This document shows positions 25,825 to 34,931 of a DNA stretch of 64,000 nucleotides, in pieces. Source of the DNA: Oikopleura dioica. Taxonomy: Eukaryota; Animalia; Chordata. A model generated the notes under the pieces. That model saw only the letters and a program-made list of their open reading frames with translations. It was not told the origin of the DNA and searched no databases. Position numbers and translations under genes: made by a program. The stretch spans positions 1,054,001 through 1,118,000 of the forward strand of contig OU015570.1 of the NCBI GenBank assembly GCA_907165135.1. Reading direction: 5' to 3'. Position 1 is the stretch's first letter. Each line of letters starts with the position of its first letter.

Positions 25825-26852
25825 AGATCTATGTTCTCAGGATGATGACCTATAAAAGAAAAGGAAACGTGAGACGGTTCTCTCCAAAATCCAAACTCTT
25901 CCGAGCGGACTTTCGCAGGAAACAGCACCGGATTATTCGTTTCTGGGTCCAGGATCCTGAAATAAGCATTATTTAAGACCTCGGGCCAGATTGGGGACGC
26001 TGTCTCGTGTTCTTCTAGACAGAAAATCCAAAAATTATTCTTCCCCCTCTCCTGGAGAAGCTGAAACGCGAAATCCTCCATAGGTTTTGGTGGGAAAACC
26101 CAGAGGACTTCGGATCCGAAATCCTCTTGGGTGAAGAAATCGACTCCCGCAGCTCCGGCTGTGTCCCTTAATGACCAGAACTTTTCGCACTTCGCATTCG
26201 CTGGGTTAGCAAAAGCGTCTAAAGTGCACTCTTTTCCCAGGGCCTTGTTTAGGTTGAGGAAAGCTTGATTTTTTATCACAGCTTCCTTCGTGTCAATCTT
26301 TCTCGAGGCTTCATCTGCCTCCTGTTCCGTTGTGGAGACCCACTCCATATCCATGGCAATATTATATTTATTTGCCTCCTCATGGATCATCCTGATCCAT
26401 TTTGTTAATTCTGGGCTTTTCCTGCTCCCATGTAAGAAGCAGGTTTCGACTGCCTTGTTATCCTGTTTAAACAGGACTCTGGAGTTTTTGAGAAGATGGC
26501 CGTAATTTTTAACCACGTAGTGGACAGCGTAGGCTTCTTTAATCATGATAGGTTGTTGGGACAGAGGATCCTCTGGATCCCAATAAACCGTTTCCGTAAT
26601 TCCTTTCCCCTTAAACTCGACCCCGGCCGCCCCACTGCTGGCGTCCGTGAAGATTTTGAATTCGACAGGCTTTAAGCCCTTCTTCAGCCATGATCTTTTT
26701 GTTGTGATGTATTTAGCCTGGACCCAGGTTAAAAGTTCATCTTTTAGATCATCTGAGACTGGAAGGGTGTGATTTTGGTCTTGGTTAGTGACTTTCAGCG
26801 CTTCTGTCACTCTGCGGATATAAAGTCGCATATTGTGCACCACCAAAGAGAC
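25737..26852 (-). pseudogene. pol: RNase H + N6-adenine methyltransferase-like domains of DIRS pol, N-terminally truncated
   Basis: IFTDASS, KEAYAV, QDNKAV, ADEASR (RNase H); LDAFANPANAKCEKF, GVDFF, VLWVFPP (DIRS MT); the first ~15 aa of the track ORF come from non-element sequence. Confidence 0.88.
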
Positions 26853-27356
26853 AGCATTATTAAGGTAAAACGGCTCAATCAGGGGTTCGCTGATCAAAAT
26901 GTAACTTTGAAAAAGTGTCCATTTTAAGTTCGGTTTTAATTTTATTTATTTTTCGGGCATTCGTACAATACCGTTGCGCTCTCACTTTTGCGGCGGTGAA
27001 AAATCTCGATCTGAAGCCCCATCAGATCGAGATTTAGCGCGAGGCGTGTATTTTCTGAGACGTACAACACCTACCACACTCCCCGCAGATCAGAGCTTTG
27101 CCGAGCGCGCACCAATCAGAGCGCGGCGTGAAATAAGCGCCCTCACTCGGAAATAAAATGAAGAATAAGGTTAATTAAAATAAACGGGTTTTTTGACGGG
27201 ATTAATGAATTGAAAACTTATTTTTTCTTAATAAGGCGCTTATTTTATAATAATCTTTCAATTATATAATATCATCATAATAATATAGTTACATATAATA
27301 TAGTTTAAATAAATTGATCGATTATTAAACTAAATTTTATTGGCTTTTCCACACTC

Positions 27357-27524
27357 AATCCCGGCTTCAACCACTTCAATATTTGCTTCAACAACTTCGA
27401 TCCTAGCTTTACAGAAGTCAATCCTGGTCGTTCCAGCGTCAATCCCGGCTTCTTAAGATCCGATCCGGGCGTCACTTTCTTCAATTCTAGCTTCTCAGAT
27501 GCCAGTCCCGGCTTTTCAGTTTTC
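27357..27524 (+). repeat. Degenerate 21-bp minisatellite (aatcccggcttc...), 8 units; inverted relatives near 41355-41540 and 42400-42540; copy near 12922-13089
   Basis: Strict 21-nt spacing of aatcc/gatcc/aattc starts. Confidence 0.75.
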
Positions 27525-27546
27525 TATTATTGCTTCTTGAATAATA

Positions 27547-27940
27547 ACGTAATTTACCCCTGCGAAACCTGCTATATCAACACACTCGTGACCAAAACTG
27601 GCGTTACGAAACTGGTTTATTCTGTACAGCAGTTAACCAACTTCTCAGATAAAACGCGTGCGACCACAGTGACGACTCAGGCAATCACAGCGGCGGCTTG
27701 GACGACGTTGGAGAAGCTGGAGGAAGCTGCGGTCCCAAAACAGGATAAACCTAAAGACCTGTTAGCCTGAGCAATCTCTTACTTGCCCTTAACAGGACTT
27801 CCGTTTCTCTACCTCGAGTTTGGTACGCTCAGCGCGAATAACGCGAAAGCACTGAGTCGTACTCAACACGAGGTCCGCGTAGGTGTACTCTTCCTCGGGG
27901 CGAACCTTTTGGTAGCTCCGATATACACCAACCATTACGT
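27547..27940 (-). repeat. 3' LTR (394 bp)
   Basis: Identical to 40949-41342 as read; minus-strand AATAAA at 27616-27621; preceded on minus strand by purine-rich GATAAAATGTGGGGG. Confidence 0.92.
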
Positions 27941-27968
27941 CCCCCACATTTTATCGAAGTGTATACCT

Positions 27969-29287
27969 TTAGCGGCGCGGTCCTCCTCGGCCGCGTTTTC
28001 CGTATCCAGGTCGCGATGGGGCCGGTCGTTTGTACGCGTTCGGCGGGCGGAATCCTCCGCTTGTTTCGCCAAGGTCTCGGCCCTCCGTGATTACTCGCCA
28101 ATTGTAGCACCAATTCGGTCTGCGAACGCGTTCCACCAGGTAGTTGTTTGTTTCCTGGTTCCATCTAACTCCCAACGCCCTCAGTTCGCCGTTATTTTGC
28201 ACCGTTATTATCGGTGCCTCGCCTTGGTGGTCCAGCGCGAACACGTTGGTCAGTTTGGCCTTGTCCGACCAATTCTTCAGGTACGTAATGGTCTCTTCGA
28301 CAGACCAGGATTTCATCCCTTCAATTTGACCCAGAAAGTTCAGAGCCCCTTCGCGCATTTTCACCGCTTCATGGTTGACTCGGGTCACCCATTCCGCGAT
28401 TTCATCCTCATCCGTCGTTCCAGTTGGCGGGGGTTCGATCTTAAAATCCTGTCACGCGTGAATTACTGTTTCGGGGAGCCGGTCGATTGATTTTTATCAT
28501 CTGACGCGGCCGGCTGATAGTGGCAACTGTTCACTTACCCATGACGGCGCGATGGCTCCCAAGAGCTGTCTTCCGCAGTATAAAGCTTGGTCCACAATGT
28601 CATCAGGACTAACTTCAGCCATTGTTTGAGAGATCAGCTTTTTTAAACCAGCCGTCCCTCCTTCAACGCGAGCTAGACGCATCTTGAAGCCACTGTTTCG
28701 GGGGCTGAACGGATCAGTTTCCACATAGAGGTGAGAGCAATACATGTTTACGCGGTTCGGCGCTTCTAGCCACGCGGTCAGGATGTCTCTTAATTTTGGT
28801 TTATTATTTTTCTAAATTATTTTTAGTTTTACCTAGACGCGCGCAATGTCAGCAGTCGAAATCCAACGGAGGACTGCTTATTCCATCTCTGAAATCCTCA
28901 AGTAAGTTATTTTTCTTCCTTGATTTTTACCTCTTCCTCGAGGAATAACGCGCTTTCTTCCGCGGATGCCACGTTTTTTACGGTCGCTTCCAAACTTGAC
29001 AAGAACGCGGCAACTTCTCTATCAGTTTCGTTGATTTTAAATTCCTTGACGTTTTTTAACGCGTCAATGAATTTATTTAGCCGGACACCGATTCGCAGCG
29101 TTATTACCGCTTCACGGCTTGCATCTTCTATGTCAGCTTGAATGGCGGCCCGCGATTGGCTGGCTGACATCAACCGCGTTTCGTTCCCGAACATGTTTCG
29201 CGGCTGATTTTGATTTTTGTGCGCGTTAATGTCGAGAAAGCTCCCCGGCCTGTCCATATCCATGCGGGGTGAATCGCCCCCTGCCAT
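27969..29287 (-). CDS. Accessory gene g1: exons 29287-28931, 28888-28833, 28788-28539, 28448-27969; ~380 aa; RG/P-rich basic C-terminus
   Basis: Three GT-AG introns (42, 44, 90 bp) join three separate ORFs in frame without stops. Confidence 0.7.
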
Positions 29288-31145
29288 TCTAGAGAAAAAA
29301 ATTTTTTTTTTTTTGACAATTTCGTTTAAGTTCTATTCCAAATTTTCCAGATTTTTTAAAGTGACCAGTTCTTCTATTCGCGGTTCATTGTTCTGTTCCT
29401 TCTTCAGCTTCTAAAATTATGTTTTTAGAAATTTCGACACGTACGCCGATGCTACTATTGGCCGGAATGACGCGGTCCGCCAGTTGATTGCTCAGTCGAA
29501 AGCTACTCGAAATGGGCAACCGCGGGCTTATTCTAGTGCTCTTTCCAAGTTCGAATTTGACCATGGAGGGCGAGGCGCCAGAATTGTTTTCCGACGTGCC
29601 GGCATTCATGACCAAATTGTCGGCCGAAAAGCCCTCGATGAGATTTTGCTTGCCCGCGTTTCAGACGAACAAATTCAGCGCGGGAGCCTTCGGCTCCGTC
29701 TTCGATTCCGCGTCGGGGCCAACGATGTCATTGTCCCCGTTGATTTCCGATTGCCCAACAAAGGATCAAACAAACAAGATGTTCACGGCCTTGTTTTTGC
29801 CATGGACTCCGCGATGTATCAAGTTCGCGATCCTAAAGTCACCAACGACGCGAAAGTCAAATTTCGCCGCGCCTTCTTGGAGAGGGTTGCTCGCTGGGCG
29901 ACCTTGACCGTGGTGGCTCTCACCAAATATTGGGTTCACGCTGGTCCCTGCTCTTTCGAATTAGCCGGAGTGCCCCGAGAGACCGCCGAGGCTCACCCAG
30001 ATGAATCTACCGCCTATTCCTTTCGCGGGCGAAATCCCTGGCTTGTTTTCCTGATCTGGTGCCAGTACATGCATGGGGTGAGTTTCGAATTTATGGATTA
30101 AATAAGCATCCTTTTATAACTTAAAGCATCATTTTAATATTTGCTTTTTAGCGCGTCGTTTCTTGCAATCGAAATCCTGACTGGCCTATGAACCGCGTCC
30201 CCATTCAACTACTTTTCGACCGAGATCAACTGAATATCCCTGGGTCGCCCCAGGCGATAATTCTTACCGCGATTAAAGCCGTTCTTGGTGACCAAATCTT
30301 TGCCGGTGATGGGCTCCAGCGACGCGACCACGGGGAGTTTACGCGATTCCATCATGACAACTCTTATAGTGAGTTCCATTTTACAACCTGAATTATTATT
30401 TTAACTTATTATTTCAGAGCTCCTCTCACTTAATCTACGTAATCGCGCTCAACTCTTTCCTATCCCCTCCATCTTGTTTCTCAAGATGCTGGCTTGCTAC
30501 TTCTACAACAACAACGTATCCCATTCATTTATTGGCGAGATAACTTACTTTTTCACCCGCGAGGCCGATTTCTTGCGCGTCTTTCGGCGTTGATTTCGAC
30601 TTCTTGTCCACTTTTCGCGGCTCAACTTCTGTTTTTAGGACGAGCAGTATACTTACTACGTCGCCGGGGCCTTTTACCTTATTGGCGTTTACGGTAGCCC
30701 TGAATTCGCGCTCTACCATGGCATTTGGAGGCTCCTGCTCCAGTTCATCCATGACGCAGGCATCTACAAGCCGCTTGTCACTCGCGTTCGTCGCGGAAAC
30801 GAGGAAGTGAAGTACTTTCCCCGCGATACTTTTTCAAAAGCCGGTATGAACTTTGAGTTTGTAACCATTTTCTAAATTACACCTCTAGGCCCGGCTCGTC
30901 TCTTCCCTCTTGGCACGATCGAGCCTTTCTTGGGCACGCGTCATCTCTCCTCCCTGTTAGCCCCTGGGGCCTCCATGGATCGATGTCCCTTTTACTCGCT
31001 CGATCAGGATGTACCGCCACTGGAGCGTCGAGCGCAACACGGTCTACGATGGCCTGGCAACCGCGATATTGAGCGACAACAGCAACGCTACCGCGCTATC
31101 CCAAGCTTGCTTGGTGGTTTTGGCCGATACCGTGCTATTGCTTAA
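28846..31145 (+). CDS. Accessory gene g2 (antisense to pol): exons 28846-28901, 29429-30077, 30152-30368, 30418-30515, 30639-30843, 30889-31145; ~493 aa; exon 1 uncertain
   Basis: Five GT-AG introns, all frame-consistent, total 1482 nt. Confidence 0.62.
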
Positions 31146-31660
31146 GTCCGCAGCTCGTCCTTTCCTGTCTTAGCGCCGAAGTGTTTCTTTGCCCATTCCG
31201 CTGCTCTTAACTGTCCCCACGGTATTCGCGATCGTTTCGTTGGACGCGCGAAAGTGTACTCGCCGTCTTCATCTTTTAAAACGATATTATTTACTGTTCA
31301 CTGTCGACAGTATCTTATAAATTTGCTATTTTCCTTGTAATCAAGAAATAAAAGTGAGGGACTATTACCGTTTCGGCTTCTCTTGCGAACGCGTTCCTTT
31401 TCATTTCCGCGGTTCTTCGGGCTTGGTTCTTCCTTTTTTCGCGTATTGCGGCGGTCAGTGTTCATTAGACAGCGGAAACGAGTCTGAATAGCGATAATTT
31501 TAATAAATTTTTGGTAATTCGCCGCTTTTGGCGGGGCTTAAAATAAATCTTGAACTCGGCAGACTGTAACGATCGCGGAGGCTCAACTTTAGGTGACTCG
31601 CCGCATTTCTGGCGCTGATTACTTTTCGTAGATGTTCATTTTTCCTAAATTGTTGTTTCT

Positions 31661-32316
31661 TTAGACGTCTGGCTGCCGTTTCATACCTTCAATCGCGTCA
31701 GTTCCCCGATTCTGGTTTCCCGCGTTACCTTCCTCGTTTTCGCGTCCGGTCAAATCCTGGTAAGAAATTTTTCTGGCCGGTTCAGTCAGTCCTCGCGTCC
31801 TGTAGATCATATGGCCATACTGAGAATGGCCAATCGCGAAAGTTGGCATCAGCGATCGCTGCAAGTAAAAGTTGTAGCCGCAGATTCCAACTCCCGATTG
31901 ACGAGTGATCTCCAACAGGCGATTGTTCGTGACCGCGACCAGATCATGGTACGCGGCTCTGCTTTTTTCCTGGATCGCCAGAACTTTGAAACTCATTACT
32001 ATCATTCTTACCGCGTCCACTTACCTTGGGTTAGATCGTCTACCCCTTTTCTGATTCTGGCGATGATGACCTCAGACGCTGAGGCGTGTCCCGCGTTCAC
32101 GATCTTCGTATTCGTACTGTTGAAGGTCGCGTTACAGCCCGGACACGGTTCCCTTTCGGGACAGCATCCTCGACAAAAGAAGCTACCACACTCGTGGATT
32201 CGTGGCTTTCCCGCGAAATCGAGCTCGTGAGTGCACTTGAAGCATTTGCCCAAGACCGACGGCGGGAGGTTTTCCCAGATTTTAAGTTCGTTCAACGCGG
32301 TTAAACCGTTTTGCAT
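31661..32316 (-). CDS. Accessory gene g3: RING-like zinc finger protein, exons 32316-32025 and 31983-31661, at least ~204 aa
   Basis: CxxC-x14-CGS-xx-CxxC-x6-CxxC; 41-bp GTAAGT...CAAAG intron in frame. Confidence 0.7.
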
Positions 32317-32598
32317 TCTAAATGGGGGGAGGATGATCTTGTGGCCAAGTTTACGCGGTTAAATTGGTTGGAAATAGTTAGTTTTCAACTAGGCCTTCTT
32401 CGTTTACTCTATTTCTCTTCAAATAAACTTTCCCGTGACCGACCGTTCTGCGTGCTCATTTTCCGCGAATCACAGCCAATTTCTGTTTTTTATATTTGTT
32501 TTAGCTGCTCTCCTGCCTTCCAATTGGACTCGACAACTCACCGCTCTTTTCGAGCGGATCTAAACCGACTGAGAGACGCGATTAACAATCCCGCGATT

Positions 32599-33741
32599 AT
32601 GCCAACTAACAAACGGACGGTGTCTGAGGCTGGACTTGATGCTACCACTTGTACTGTCGCCCAGTCTCCGACTCGAAAACATCCAGCAATTTCTCGCGTC
32701 GAATATGTGGATCTGTTGACCCAAGGTGAGCCTTGTGGTGCGCTTTTCATACTATTAAATTCATTTAAAGGGCCGAGAGTTAAAATTGAACCTCTCGACT
32801 ACGAGGACTCTCTCGCGATGGAGTTCGATGTGCCCCGCAAGCTTCCGCGTCCGAAAATTGGGTCAGGCTCTTTGTATGATGCATCGCCTCATACATCTAC
32901 TCCTGTCGAAACTGGGGCACCATACATTTCACGCTCAACCACCGGGAACGCTTCTGAGGAGATCGAATTCAAAACTCCTGACGCGACCGCTTTTGACGAA
33001 GCACCGAACCGTGTGTCCAAACGTACACGACGCGAAATCACCACCATAGTCGAGAACATGGAAAAGATTTTCCACCAGAGCCGCGAGTCTCGCGCCTCTG
33101 CTCAGGGCTTGTCTCGTCGCGTCTTGTATCGAAGTCCATCCCGGCCTTCAGAGTATGTGGAGTCCATTTGGCTGAAATGACCCTTCTTTAGGTATATTTA
33201 CGCGACCATCCCTTCGGAGCTATTTCCTGAGTTTGAGGTAGATCTCCTTGAGCGATTTTCATCCAAGGAGTTGCACATTTCGCGCGAGTTGGTCCGGATC
33301 AGGGCCGATCTTTATTATTCGTCTGATCCGCTCAAACATCCTTTCCCGCACATTCGAAACTTACTCGTCCACATCGGTGATTTTTCAGTACCTTATTTTA
33401 TAAACCGCCCCATTTTAGGCTACGCGCTTGATGTTTCAAAGACGCCGGTGAAAATGCATATCAATCTTACATTCCCGCCTTCTGTCGGACCTACTTCTGG
33501 CAGCCCATCTTTCAACTTTCGTAATAGTATTCGCGAGCTGCTTTCCGCGTACTTGGTGCAGCTGTCTGAATATTACCGCGGCGCCGCCTGTTTGCCAGCT
33601 CGCGTTGATGCGCATCGGCATCAGCTGGACTCTCTGGCGCAAAACGTTCTCGACTATTTATTCGCCGAGGACGTTGGGAAATCATTCAGAATCCCAGTTT
33701 CAATTCGAACTGATCTACTCACCACTTCCCATGATGAATAA
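32599..33741 (+). CDS. Accessory gene g4 (antisense): exons 32599-32725, 32771-33152, 33192-33741; ~352 aa; S/T/P-rich N-half with a VKIE SUMO-consensus-like motif
   Basis: 45-bp and 39-bp GT-AG introns; the second fuses ORFs 32311..33180 and 33271..33741 in frame. Confidence 0.7.
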
Positions 33742-34796
33742 CTTTCTCCGCGAGAACTGCTCCCGAATACTACTTCTACTCCTATTCACCGTTTTCAACC
33801 TCACCTGCACTGCTATTTTCATCCAGTACGCGATCCACCAGTATGCTACCGAGCTCGACGCCATGCAGTTTGATATTTCGTCTTTCCGCCGCGTCCTCGG
33901 GCTCGATAGCTACGTTCCCCAGATTATTTCTGGTGTTGATCCTGTAAGTTTTCCAATTTAACTCTCATTTTAGTCATCTTTATAATTATTTCTTTGGCTT
34001 AACTAACGCGAATTTCAGGTTCCCCGACGCGTCTTCCAACGGAACTACCACCACTCTGGAACTGCCCGATCGCGACACGGTCGATCCGCGTATTCGCCGA
34101 ACTACTACGTGCCCATGCCCGCCTATGGAGCTCCCGAGGCTCCCCTTACTCTTGGCGGTGCTTCACCTTACAGATGGTACATTTATATTTTCTCCGATCA
34201 TTTTCTTATTTTACGCATTTAGGGCACTCTTCGCGCTTTTCCTCATCATTCTCGTCCCTACTCTCATCTGCTGCTGCGGCCGCCCTGTAATCAGCGTCCT
34301 CAAGCACGTCAACCGTACTTTCGCCAACCTTGACTTCAACTTCGGCGAGTCTGCCGACTCCTACGAAGATGGGCCCGAGTACGAGCAGGTCAGAGCGCTT
34401 CAGCGACAAAACGATGCCAATCGAAAGATGATTCGTGCTCGAAAACAACAGGATCAGCTCAACCGCGAACTCTCTCGACTGCCTCCTACCGCGGTTGTAC
34501 CTTCTACCGTCGCTACTCCTCCACCGCGCTATTCCCGTGTTGACGAAGCCGTCCGAGGCGTTGACGCCGCCGCTGCCACGTCCAGATCTGCGTCTCCAGT
34601 ACACGTGGCACCTCTGAGCCGCAGCTCAGCTCGATCCTCGCGCACTACTTCTAGAGCCGCGTCCTTCCGCCCCGCGACTCGGACTTCGTCCATTGTTTCC
34701 ATCGTCGAGCTTCCTGATGACTACGTCGAGCCTATCGCCGATGACAATTCTGTTTATGTTCCCCCTGCTGGTAGCTCCTCCGACGCTTGGGTTTAA
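33731..34796 (+). CDS. Accessory gene g5 (antisense): exons 33731-33943, 34019-34176, 34223-34796; ~314-aa membrane protein with two hydrophobic segments and CCC
   Basis: 75-bp and 46-bp introns in frame; ILLLLLFTVFNLTCTAIFIQYAI and WALFALFLIILVPTLICCCG. Confidence 0.7.
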
Positions 34797-34873
34797 ATTC
34801 CTTTTAAAATCACTGTCTTCACTACCTTTCCTTTCTTTTCCTTTTATTCGGTAAATTCTCGCCTTATTGATAG

Positions 34874-34920
34874 AATAAAAATTATCAAAAAAACAAACTT
34901 ATAAACGCGTTTATTTTATT
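34874..34920. terminator. Convergent polyadenylation signals between g5 (+) and integrase (-)
   Basis: AATAAA near 34874 on +; TTTATTTTATT at 34910-34920 gives AATAAA on -. Confidence 0.5.
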
Positions 34921-34931
34921 GCCCTGCGCTT

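Larger units (their letters stand above)
19439..26852 (-). mobile_element. DIRS-like tyrosine-recombinase retroelement, 5'-truncated (gag and RT missing), with extra ORFs
   Basis: RNase H + Dam-like methyltransferase ORF and tyrosine recombinase ORF on the same strand; left junction follows GCAGTTTG inside g5 exon 1; right end cut by the duplicate segment. Confidence 0.85.

Noticed and set aside
21529-26852. Prophage or bacterial integrase plus methylase module
   Set aside because: The MT is fused to a retroelement RNase H, neighbours have spliceosomal introns, and the context is eukaryotic; this fits DIRS-like elements
30525-30752. Minus-strand 74-75-aa ORF (also 16094..16318)
   Set aside because: Antisense to g2 exon 5 and its C-terminus differs between the two copies; not supported as a gene
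34125-34222. Signal peptide plus long TM at the start of ORF 34125..34796
   Set aside because: 34177-34222 is an AT-rich GT-AG intron whose removal links to the upstream exon in frame; the ORF-track start is probably not the real start
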